A stretch of DNA of 33,081 nucleotides, taken from contig JBDUAH010000001.1 in assembly GCA_040004745.1 (NCBI GenBank), forward strand, positions 1-33,081, read 5' to 3'. Shown here piece by piece: positions 24,605 through 32,505 of this stretch. The notes beneath the pieces are model-generated. The model was not told where the DNA came from, searched no databases, and was given only the letters and a program-made list of their open reading frames with translations. Origin of the DNA: Chthoniobacterales bacterium. GTDB lineage: Bacteria > Verrucomicrobiota > Verrucomicrobiia > Chthoniobacterales > UBA10450. Position 1 is the first letter of the stretch, and each line of letters begins with the position of its first letter. Made by a program: the position numbers and the translations under genes.

Positions 24605-26604
24605 TGACGCCCTCCCCGGTTTGCGTTCTTTACACACAGGACGCCGACCTTAACCGTCGGCTGAAGGCATTCCTGCGCGCGATGGCGCAGGTCCGCCACG
24701 TCGCAGACGCGGACCGCTTGGAATCCGTCCTGCAACAGGTGGGACCCAGCGTGCTCTTGCTGGATTTGCGGGCCAAAGAGGGCCGTGATCTGCTCGATCA
24801 GATACACAAGGAGCGGCCCGAAGTTCTCATCATCGCATTGGGCACGCCGCGTTCGGAACCATTGCGCGAAGCGGAAGATTCAGGCGTTTACGCGGCGGAA
24901 GATTTGGTACTCGATCGGCGCCATTTCCAGGCACTGGTTGCCCGCGCTTTCGATCACTTGCGTCTGATGCAGGAGAATCGCGAACTGCGCGAAACCTCAA
25001 CCGCCACCCTCGCTCTGGCGGCTCTGCGTCCACACAACGGATCGGCCGAAGGTTCGCCCACGGCCACACCGCTCTCCCGCTTTCCACGCGTTTTCCGTCG
25101 CTTCGATAATGTGGAGACGCTGCTCGCGCGGGTGGTCGAGGGGTTAGCCGACACCGCGGGCGTTTCCCGTGTAGGAATTTTCTCCCGCATTCGACAAAGC
25201 GACCGTTACCGTTTGCGCGCCGGTCTCCGTTGCCTCCCGGAAACTTACGACGCGGAATACATGGAGCGCGATCCGCTTGTGCGTTGGTTCGAATTAAACG
25301 CTCACCTGATCTGCCGTGCGCACCTGACAGAAACTCCAGTTCAAGCACAGCGCCTTCTCTTGCGCCGCGCCCTCGACGCTTTTGGCGCGGAAGTCATCGT
25401 GCCGTTGCACGCCAACGGTCGCATCATCGGCTGGCTCTTTTTCGGGCATCGGCTCACCGGCCAGCGCTTCGATTATCTCGATCTGGAGAATCTGATGATC
25501 CTGGCGGAGCAGGTCTCCACCGTCCTGGAAAATGCTTGCCTCCACGAACAACTCACGCTGGAAAAGACGCTGGCCGAGACGCTCCTCAAATCCATTCCTC
25601 CAGGCATCGTGGCGACAGACGAGGATGCCATTGTGCGCTGGTTTAACCCCACAGCCGCAAAAGTCCTCGGGCTGAAAGCAGCAGATGTCTTGAATCAGCC
25701 GGTCGAGGCCGCTGGCGGACGCCTCGCGGCTTTTTTGCGCGACGCGCTGGCCACGAACGGAAATCTCCCGACCCGGCAATGGGTCGACGGCAATACTCAA
25801 CGATCGCTCACCATCGAAGCGCGCCGCGTCTTGAACGGCAACACTCCCTTCGGCGCCGTAGCCGTCGTGCAGGATTTGACCGCGCAGGAGGACTTGCGCC
25901 AAAAGCAGGATCTCTTCGAGCGCGCCGCCTTTTGGACCGATCTCGCGGCCAGCATGTCGCACGAAATCCGGAACCCGCTGGTCGCGATCAAGACGTTTGC
26001 GCAACTCCTGCCCGAGCGTTTCGATGACGCGGATTTCCGCGACGAATTCAATCACATCGTGGTCGAGGAAATCGACCGCCTGGACCAGATCATCACTCAG
26101 ATCAACAACTTCGCGCACCCTTCAGAATTGGTCATGAAGTCGTTCGATCTGCGCGATTCCGTTCAGAATGTGCTGAAAATCGCGCGGGAACGGAGCGACC
26201 CCAATGGCACGACCGTGGAGGTCAATTTCCCGAAGGATCTCCCGCACATTTTGGGAGACGAGAGCGCACTTACGGAAGCGTTCGCGCATCTGGTCTCGAA
26301 TGCGACGGAGGCCACGGATGGACGACCTAAAGCCAAGGTTACGCTCGAAGCCAAATCGATTGGTGAAGGCGAAGAGAGCCGCGCGGTGGTCGTGACGGTG
26401 CAAGATAATGGCAAAGGCATCGACCCCGAGTTGAAGGACAAGATTTTCTCGCCCTTCTGCACCACCAAACCGCGCGGCATGGGGCTCGGGTTGCCGATCG
26501 TGAAACGGACGGTTTTCGATCACAACGGCCGGCTGGACATTGACTCGAATCCGCGCGGCACCTCCGTCAGCGTGATGCTGCCTGCGAGCACGAACGGCGA
26601 TTAA
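24601..26604 (+). CDS. cytoplasmic sensor histidine kinase (REC-like N-terminus, then GAF-PAS-HisKA-HATPase), paralogue of the preceding kinase
   Basis: 667 aa. The start forms an ATGA overlap with the upstream stop (24601-24604). The N-terminal ~120 aa are receiver-like (VLLLDLR, LIIALGT). GAF: IIGWLFFGHRLTGQRF. PAS: LLKSIPPGIVATDEDAIVRWFNPTAAKVLG. H-box: SMSHEIRNPLVAIKTFAQLLPERF. G boxes: VQDNGKGI and GMGLGLPI. Confidence 0.85.
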   Translation: MMTPSPVCVLYTQDADLNRRLKAFLRAMAQVRHVADADRLESVLQQVGPSVLLLDLRAKEGRDLLDQIHKERPEVLIIALGTPRSEPLREAEDSGVYAAEDLVLDRRHFQALVARAFDHLRLMQENRELRETSTATLALAALRPHNGSAEGSPTATPLSRFPRVFRRFDNVETLLARVVEGLADTAGVSRVGIFSRIRQSDRYRLRAGLRCLPETYDAEYMERDPLVRWFELNAHLICRAHLTETPVQAQRLLLRRALDAFGAEVIVPLHANGRIIGWLFFGHRLTGQRFDYLDLENLMILAEQVSTVLENACLHEQLTLEKTLAETLLKSIPPGIVATDEDAIVRWFNPTAAKVLGLKAADVLNQPVEAAGGRLAAFLRDALATNGNLPTRQWVDGNTQRSLTIEARRVLNGNTPFGAVAVVQDLTAQEDLRQKQDLFERAAFWTDLAASMSHEIRNPLVAIKTFAQLLPERFDDADFRDEFNHIVVEEIDRLDQIITQINNFAHPSELVMKSFDLRDSVQNVLKIARERSDPNGTTVEVNFPKDLPHILGDESALTEAFAHLVSNATEATDGRPKAKVTLEAKSIGEGEESRAVVVTVQDNGKGIDPELKDKIFSPFCTTKPRGMGLGLPIVKRTVFDHNGRLDIDSNPRGTSVSVMLPASTNGD

Positions 26605-26611
26605 GCTGGAT

Positions 26612-26646
26612 TTGCTGATTGCTGATTTCCGATTTCTGATTTCTGA
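26612..26646. repeat. five tandem heptamers (TTGCTGA TTGCTGA TTTCCGA TTTCTGA TTTCTGA)
   Basis: Read directly from the sequence. It begins 8 nt after the kinase stop codon and ends 72 nt upstream of the fba ATG. Confidence 0.8.
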
Positions 26647-26718
26647 TTAGAAGCAGAGGCCCGGGCCGAGATGGTGCCGGACCCACCAAACCAAAAATCA
26701 TCAATCAGGAATTCCCCC

Positions 26719-27666
26719 ATGATCGTCACCACTGCCCAGCTCTACAAAGTCGCCTACAAGAAATTCGCCGTCGGCGCTTACAACATCAACAACCTCGAGC
26801 AGACCATGGGTCTCTTCCGTGGCTGCATCGAAAGCAAAGCGCCCTTCATCATTCAGCTTTCAAAAGGCGCGCGGAATTACACCGACAAGCGGATGCTCGA
26901 GGCGATCATCCGCACCGCCGAAGAGATTTTTCCGGAAGCGATTTACGCCGTGCATCTCGATCACGGCGACGAGGCGACCTGCTACGATTGCATCGACTCG
27001 GGCTTCTACAGCTCGGTCATGATCGATGCCAGCCACGAGTCGTTTGACGAGAACATCGCCATTACTCGCCGCGTCGTGGATCGCGCACACGCGAAAGGAA
27101 TCAGCGTCGAGGCCGAACTCGGGATGCTCGGCGGCGTGGAAGAAGACATCAAAGTGGATGAAGGCCACGCTTGCCTGACGAATCCCGACGAAGCGGGTGA
27201 ATTCGTCGAACGCTCGGGTTGCGACTCGCTCGCCGCGGCCATCGGCACCAGTCACGGCGCCTACAAATTCAAAGGGCAGCAATCCCTTCGCTTCGATGTG
27301 ATCGAAGCGATCTCCCAGAAAGTTCCCGGAATGCCGATCGTGATGCACGGCAGTTCCAGCGTGCCCGTGGAAGAAGTAACACGCATCAATGCAGCCGGCG
27401 GAACTCTCGACCCGAGCGCGCGCGGCGTGGCGGAAGATGAGTATCTTCCCGCGGCCAAACTTGGCGTGACCAAAGTCAATATCGATACCGATGGTCGCCT
27501 CGTCTGGACGCGCGTGCATCGCGAGTTCTTTCGCGATAAGCCAGCCGAATTCGATTTCCGGCCGCCGGGCATTCTGTTCATGCAGGCCTACGCGGATTTC
27601 ATCGCGCACAAGAACGAGAAGCTAGGTTCAGCAGGACAACTCGAAGCCGTTCGCGCGACGTTGTAA
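26719..27666 (+). CDS. fba: class II fructose-1,6-bisphosphate aldolase
   Basis: Motifs: YKKFAVGAYNINNLEQ, PFIIQLSKGA, AVHLDHGD, SVMIDASH, VEAELG, GTSHGAYKF, VMHGSSSVP. The start is placed at ATG 26719, with AGGA 9-12 nt upstream, rather than at the ORF limit 26671. Confidence 0.9.
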   Translation: MIVTTAQLYKVAYKKFAVGAYNINNLEQTMGLFRGCIESKAPFIIQLSKGARNYTDKRMLEAIIRTAEEIFPEAIYAVHLDHGDEATCYDCIDSGFYSSVMIDASHESFDENIAITRRVVDRAHAKGISVEAELGMLGGVEEDIKVDEGHACLTNPDEAGEFVERSGCDSLAAAIGTSHGAYKFKGQQSLRFDVIEAISQKVPGMPIVMHGSSSVPVEEVTRINAAGGTLDPSARGVAEDEYLPAAKLGVTKVNIDTDGRLVWTRVHREFFRDKPAEFDFRPPGILFMQAYADFIAHKNEKLGSAGQLEAVRATL

Positions 27667-27726
27667 GGCGATCGCCGCCCGCGAAGACGCGTTGGTCGAA
27701 CCACCGTTCCAACTGACTCCCGCGCG

Positions 27727-28746
27727 ATGAGCTTTACCCTGCAAGAGATCGCCGCCGTTGCTGGAGGAGAACTCGTCGGCGACCCGTCGCTGGTCATTAC
27801 CGGCGTCGCGTCGCTGGCGGAAGCGGCTGACGGCGAGATCACTTTTTTTTCAAAACCAAAATATCTCGCACAATTCCGGAAGACGCTCGCCTCCGCGGTC
27901 TTCGTGCCGCTTAAGCTCGATGAATCCATCGGCGCGGCGCAAATCCGGGTCGCCGAGCCGGAGAAGGCTTTCGAGCAGATTGCGCTCAAGTTTGCTCCAC
28001 CGCCGGTCCGCTACGAGCCGGGGTTACATCCGACTGCAGTAATCGCGGCAGATGTGAGACTGGGCGCGCGCGTTTCGGTGCAACCGCACGCCGTCATCGA
28101 ACGCGGCGTAACGATTGGCGACGACACCGTGATCGGAGCAAACAGCTACGTTGGTCACGAATCGGTCATCGGAGCGCACTGCCTGATCTACCCACTGGCG
28201 ATCATTCGCGAACGCACTCTCATCGGAGACCGCGTCATCATCCATAGCGGCGCAGTCCTCGGTGCGGACGGTTTCGGTTTCGAAGTGAAGGATGGCCGAC
28301 AATCGAAGATCCCGCAGATCGGAATCGTACAGATCGATGATGACGTGGAAATCGGAGCCAACACCACAATCGATCGCGCACGCTTCGGCCGCACGTGGAT
28401 CCGCGAGGGCGCGAAGATCGATAATCTCGTCCAGATCGCGCATAACGTGATCGTTGGGAAACATGCTCTAATCGCATCCCAGGCCGGCCTCGCCGGAAGC
28501 GCGCGCATCGGCGATAATGTGATGATCGGCGGGCAAGCCGGGATCACGGGTCATATCGAGATCGGCGATCGCGCCATAATCGGCGCGCAAGCCGGCGTCT
28601 CAAAAAACCTTCCGCCGGACAGTGGAATTTGGTGGGGCACGCCAGCGTCGCCCATCCGGAAAGCGCAGGAGCGCCTGGCGTGGATCCATCGCCTGGGCCA
28701 GTTCTTCGAGCGCGTGAAAGCGCTGGAAAAAAAACTCGGCGGCTGA
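27727..28746 (+). CDS. lpxD: UDP-3-O-acylglucosamine N-acyltransferase
   Basis: 339 aa. The N-terminal domain (FTLQEIAAVAGGELVGDPSLVITGVASLAEAADGEITFFSKPKY) is followed by a long run of left-handed beta-helix hexapeptide repeats and the C-terminal helix typical of LpxD. Confidence 0.9.
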   Translation: MSFTLQEIAAVAGGELVGDPSLVITGVASLAEAADGEITFFSKPKYLAQFRKTLASAVFVPLKLDESIGAAQIRVAEPEKAFEQIALKFAPPPVRYEPGLHPTAVIAADVRLGARVSVQPHAVIERGVTIGDDTVIGANSYVGHESVIGAHCLIYPLAIIRERTLIGDRVIIHSGAVLGADGFGFEVKDGRQSKIPQIGIVQIDDDVEIGANTTIDRARFGRTWIREGAKIDNLVQIAHNVIVGKHALIASQAGLAGSARIGDNVMIGGQAGITGHIEIGDRAIIGAQAGVSKNLPPDSGIWWGTPASPIRKAQERLAWIHRLGQFFERVKALEKKLGG

Positions 28747-28824
28747 CGTACCGCCCACGCGAGGATCGCATGGCCGAGCCCCGCGATGAACTAAATCTTC
28801 GTGGAGGAAAAGCCTCGCGGGAAG

Positions 28825-28853
28825 TTGGCAAGGTTAGTGCTTATACTCATTAT
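28825..28853 (+). promoter_or_regulatory. promoter candidate for the receiver gene (readable as sigma54 -24/-12 or as sigma70 -35/-10)
   Basis: TGGCA (28826-28830), 7 nt, then TGCT (28838-28841) has the GG-N10-GC spacing of the consensus TGGCACG-N4-TTGC. Alternatively: TTGGCA (28825-28830), 17 nt, CATTAT (28848-28853). The ATG is at 28867. Confidence 0.3.
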
Positions 28854-28866
28854 AGAAATTATAAGC

Positions 28867-29316
28867 ATGAAAGTCCTCACCCGCGCTTCCGCTGACTTCC
28901 TGATCATTGACGACGATCCTTCGATCGCAAAGTTTTTGGTCACCTATCTCAAACAAAAGGGTCACTCTTGCGAAGCCCTGACCGAAGGCTTTCAGACGGC
29001 CCATTGGCTTGAACACAACCGCTGCGATGTCGTCGTCGTGGATCTCAATATGCCCAAAGTGGACGGTATCTCCCTCATCTCCTTCATCCGCGAAATGAGT
29101 CAGACCTTGCCCATTATCGTCTTCACCGGCGTCGGCTACGACGAAACCCGAATGCACTCTGCGCTCCGCGCTGGCGCGAATGGTTACGTCAGCAAAAATC
29201 TTCCTATCGAGCAGCTCTACTGCGTCCTCTCCCGGGTCCTCGCTACCTGCCAGCAACGCGCCCGGCGCGATGCCCTCGGAGCGCGCGACAACCACTACCT
29301 CGCGGGAGCAGCCTAA
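28867..29316 (+). CDS. single-domain CheY-like response regulator receiver
   Basis: REC motifs: FLIIDDD, VVVVDLNMPKVDG, IIVFTG, VSKNLP. No output domain. The start is placed at ATG 28867 (MKVLTRAS), not at the ORF limit 28801. Confidence 0.85.
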   Translation: MKVLTRASADFLIIDDDPSIAKFLVTYLKQKGHSCEALTEGFQTAHWLEHNRCDVVVVDLNMPKVDGISLISFIREMSQTLPIIVFTGVGYDETRMHSALRAGANGYVSKNLPIEQLYCVLSRVLATCQQRARRDALGARDNHYLAGAA

Positions 29317-29732
29317 CGAGTCCTGCGCCCGTCGCCGCGCGCCGCTCGCAGCAAACCGCGCAACCCCTCCACGGAAATACATTCGGCGCCGCACGCCATG
29401 ACGGTTTCCTGTTCGAGATAGTCGTCCGTGGCCACGAGCATTTGGAACTGTCTCCCATACTTGCTCGACAGGCGCTCGACAATTGAATCCGCCGTTTGTC
29501 CGGCGCGCGAGTAGAAAATCTGGATCTCACCGGCCTCGGAGCTTTCCGAAACCGCGGTGCCGGTTCCATCAAACACCACCACCACTCGGACGCCCGTCCA
29601 ATCCTGGTAATCGCGGAGCTGTTTCACCAACACGTCGCGCGCCAAGGAGGTGCGGCGTTCGTGCAGCGCCCGCAATTCCGGCCAGGCAAAGATGACGCTA
29701 TGGCCGTCGACGATGAGAAACTGCGGTTGCAC
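29313..29732 (-). CDS. YacP/Rae1-like NYN (PIN-like) domain protein, putative ribonuclease
   Basis: 139 aa. Motifs: FLIVDGHSVIFAWPEL, VVVVFDG, IFYSRAGQTADSIVERL, LVATDD..EQ. This matches the NYN_YacP pattern. GTG start. The 3' end overlaps the convergent receiver gene by 4 nt. Confidence 0.8.
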   Translation of the reverse strand: MQPQFLIVDGHSVIFAWPELRALHERRTSLARDVLVKQLRDYQDWTGVRVVVVFDGTGTAVSESSEAGEIQIFYSRAGQTADSIVERLSSKYGRQFQMLVATDDYLEQETVMACGAECISVEGLRGLLRAARGDGRRTR

Positions 29733-29791
29733 TTTCCCAATATTCGAAGAGCGGCCGCGTTTTCAAAATCCGCTTTCGCGGTGAGCCGCGT

Positions 29792-29956
29792 CTAGCTCGA
29801 GGCGGCAGCCGCAGTTTTCGCAGAGGCCGTCTTCTTGGCTTTAGGCTTCGGCGTTACCCGCTTGGCTGGGACAGCCTCTTTTGCCTTTGCCTTCTTGCGC
29901 GCGAGATACGAGATGCGCCGGCGGCGTTTTACCATTTTGCGAAGTTGCTGGCCCAT
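29792..29956 (-). CDS. small, very basic Lys/Ala-rich protein (54 aa), hypothetical
   Basis: MGQQLRKMVKRRRRISYLARKKAKAKEAVPAKRVTPKPKAKKTASAKTAAAASS. An AGGA motif lies 9-12 nt upstream of ATG 29956. It sits 59 bp upstream of the NYN gene on the same strand. No family recognised. Confidence 0.35.
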   Translation of the reverse strand: MGQQLRKMVKRRRRISYLARKKAKAKEAVPAKRVTPKPKAKKTASAKTAAAASS

Positions 29957-30105
29957 GAACCGTTTCCTATAGGACGGAAGCTCGTCCCGCACAACGGGAA
30001 AAAGGTTGGACCGCAACAAATCGCGGCTTGGCGCACGATCCAGATTGCAATCGGGAGCCACTCCCGGTTATGAATCTCCCCACCCTCGCAACCGCGCATA
30101 GTTTC

Positions 30106-30903
30106 ATGGCAAAAATTCTTCTCAGCCTTTCCGTTCTATTCCTGACGCTTTCTGCTGTCTTCGGCGTCCTGAACACGAACAAAGCGCGCACTCTTCGCGA
30201 AGCCGCTGTCCGCGCCGACACCGAGCAAGCCGAAGCCCAGCAGGTGACCCTCGCCAAAGAAAAAGCGTTCCAAGCTCGTGAAGCCAAACTCGCCGCAGCC
30301 GCTGCGCAAAGCTCACAAACCGAAGACAAACTCGGCGCCGCCGAAGCACAACTGATCAAGTCGCAAACCGACAAAGCTGCGCTCCAGGCGAAACTCCAGG
30401 CGCACGAAGCAGAGATTGTCGAACTGCGGAAACGCGTCGAAGGCGTCGGCGCGAAGGATTCCGCCTCCACCGAAGTGCTCCCCATGCCCGGCTCGGGCGA
30501 TCTCGAGACCCAACTCGAAGACACGCGTCGCCAGCTTGAAGCCGCGGAACGCGAAAAGAAATTACTCGCCAGTCGCCTCCCGGCCACGCCGGACCATCCA
30601 GGCAACGCCCCCGCTTCCGGCCGTCGAACCGTCGTGGCCCGTCCCTCCAATCCCGGAATTCGCGGCTCCATCCTCGCGGTCAACCAAGCCTATAATTTCG
30701 TCGTCCTCAATCTCGGCGGCCGTCAGGGATTGGAGGCGAATGCCGAGATGCTCGTCCTTCGCCGCGGTTCCCTCATCGGTAAGATTCGTGTTTCCTCAGT
30801 TGAACCAGCCACAGCCATTGGCGATATTGTCACCACTAGCCTGGCGCGTGGCGTCCAGGTCCAACCCGGAGACGTCGTCATCTATGCTGCCCCAAATTCG
30901 TAA
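30106..30903 (+). CDS. membrane-anchored coiled-coil protein with a C-terminal beta-rich domain, hypothetical
   Basis: N-terminal anchor MAKILLSLSVLFLTLSAVFGVL, then ~130 aa of heptad-like A/E/K/Q-rich sequence, then GSILAVNQAYNFVVLNLGGRQGLEANAEMLVLRRGSLIGKIRV...GDVVIYA. The start could instead be ATG 30070. The tracked ORF begins at TTG 30028. Confidence 0.6.
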   Translation: MAKILLSLSVLFLTLSAVFGVLNTNKARTLREAAVRADTEQAEAQQVTLAKEKAFQAREAKLAAAAAQSSQTEDKLGAAEAQLIKSQTDKAALQAKLQAHEAEIVELRKRVEGVGAKDSASTEVLPMPGSGDLETQLEDTRRQLEAAEREKKLLASRLPATPDHPGNAPASGRRTVVARPSNPGIRGSILAVNQAYNFVVLNLGGRQGLEANAEMLVLRRGSLIGKIRVSSVEPATAIGDIVTTSLARGVQVQPGDVVIYAAPNS

Positions 30904-31102
30904 TTCACCCTGGTTTCGCGCCACCCATATTCTCCTCCTCATCGGTGCGGCCTGTGCTTTGTCCTCTTGCGCGACGAAGAAAGAGGCACCCCTCGTCTCG
31001 AACGGCGCTGGCGCCGAATCGCAGATCCCATGGAATGAGCAGCAAAAATGGGAGAATCAGGGCCAACTTGGGCCGCTGGCTGATCGCGTAAACTCGCGCT
31101 AA
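30884..31102 (+). CDS. small lipoprotein (72 aa precursor)
   Basis: Only the last 72 codons of tracked ORF 30416..31102 look real. MLPQIRNSPWFRATHILLLIGAACALSSC has a charged n-region, a hydrophobic core and a lipobox (L-S-S-C). GGAGA lies 11 nt upstream. It overlaps the end of the preceding gene by 20 nt. Confidence 0.5.
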   Translation: MLPQIRNSPWFRATHILLLIGAACALSSCATKKEAPLVSNGAGAESQIPWNEQQKWENQGQLGPLADRVNSR

Positions 31103-32448
31103 ATCCAGAATCCCGCTGGGATCACTGCATCCTTCGGCACCACCACGATGCCGTCGCGGATATAATAATTTCCGCCGTCATAATCGCTCGGTTTCCCTTC
31201 GGGAGTGATCACTACTCCGTCCGCGATCCGCGCGTTCTTATCGATGATCGCCCGGTCGATCACGCAATTGCGTCCCACCCCGATCGGCGGCACGCCCCGC
31301 GGCACGCTCGTCGGATCCGTCTCGTAAAAGTCCGCGCCCATCACGATGCTGTTGCGAATCGTCGCGCCGGTTTGAATCACACTGCGCACCCCGATCACCG
31401 ACCGCTCGATATGCGCGTCCGAAATGATACACCCATCGGACACGATAGCCTGCCGCAGTTGCGCGCCATTCACCTTGCTCCCCGGGAGAAAACGCGGGTG
31501 CGTATAGATCGGCGACGACGCGTCAAAAAAACTGTACTGCGGCACCAGATCCGTCAGGTCTAGATTCGCCTCGTAGAAAGCGCGTATCGTCCCGATGTCC
31601 TCCCAGTAATCGTTAAAGATATACCCGCTCACATGCCGCTGCCGGATCGCTGCCGGAATGACGTGCTTCCCGAAATCCACCAAATCGTTCGCAAGGCATT
31701 CCACCAGCACATCGCGATTAAAGACATAAATACCCATCGACGCCTGGAAAAGCTCCTCCTCCGGCCCAGCCCCGATCGCTGCCAAATGCTCCGGCCCCAG
31801 CTTCAACGTATCCAACACCGCATCCTCCTTCGGCTTTTCCACAAACCGGACCACGCGCCGATTGCTATCGCTCTCCATGATTCCGAAATCGGAAGCCTGC
31901 GAGCGCTGCACCGGCTTCATCGCCAACGTAATCTCCGCCCCCGTCCGGATGTGCTGATGCAGTAACATCCGAAAATCCATCCGGTAAAGCTGATCCCCGC
32001 TCAGGATGATGTAGTAATCGTACGGCTTCTCCAGGAAGTAGCGCATGTTCTGCCGCACCGCGTCCGCCGTTCCCTGGTACCAATCCGAATGCTCCGGCGT
32101 CTGCTGCGCCGCCAGAATATCCACAAAGCTGCGCGAGAAATTATCGAACTTGTAGCTCGCCTGGATATGGCGATGCAGCGACATCGTATTGAACTGCGTC
32201 AGCACATAGATCGAGCGCAGCCCCGAGTTCAGACAATTCGAAATCGGGATATCCACCAGCCGATACTTCCCGCCCAGCGGCACCGCCGGCTTCGACCGAT
32301 CCTTCGTGAGGGGAAACAAGCGCGTCCCAGCCCCGCCGCCCATCACGATCGCGAGTGTCTGCTGCGTCGTCCCCGGCGGCAACGCCACCGGCGCCGCGCT
32401 TCCCGCATTGTTGAATGATTGCGCGCCCGAGCGCCCTTGAGTTTCCAC
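31099..32448 (-). CDS. glgC: glucose-1-phosphate adenylyltransferase
   Basis: Motifs: LAIVMGGGAGTRLFPLTKDRSKPAVPLGGKYRLVDIPISNCLNSG, QGTADAV, SMGIYVF. A C-terminal left-handed beta-helix is present. The start may be somewhat downstream of 32448, because the N-terminal ~30 aa are not family-typical. Confidence 0.9.
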   Translation of the reverse strand: METQGRSGAQSFNNAGSAAPVALPPGTTQQTLAIVMGGGAGTRLFPLTKDRSKPAVPLGGKYRLVDIPISNCLNSGLRSIYVLTQFNTMSLHRHIQASYKFDNFSRSFVDILAAQQTPEHSDWYQGTADAVRQNMRYFLEKPYDYYIILSGDQLYRMDFRMLLHQHIRTGAEITLAMKPVQRSQASDFGIMESDSNRRVVRFVEKPKEDAVLDTLKLGPEHLAAIGAGPEEELFQASMGIYVFNRDVLVECLANDLVDFGKHVIPAAIRQRHVSGYIFNDYWEDIGTIRAFYEANLDLTDLVPQYSFFDASSPIYTHPRFLPGSKVNGAQLRQAIVSDGCIISDAHIERSVIGVRSVIQTGATIRNSIVMGADFYETDPTSVPRGVPPIGVGRNCVIDRAIIDKNARIADGVVITPEGKPSDYDGGNYYIRDGIVVVPKDAVIPAGFWI

Positions 32449-32505
32449 AGCCGCACTCTAACCCGGCGCATGCGCCGACTGGAAATCTTTTTGTAAAACT
32501 AACCG

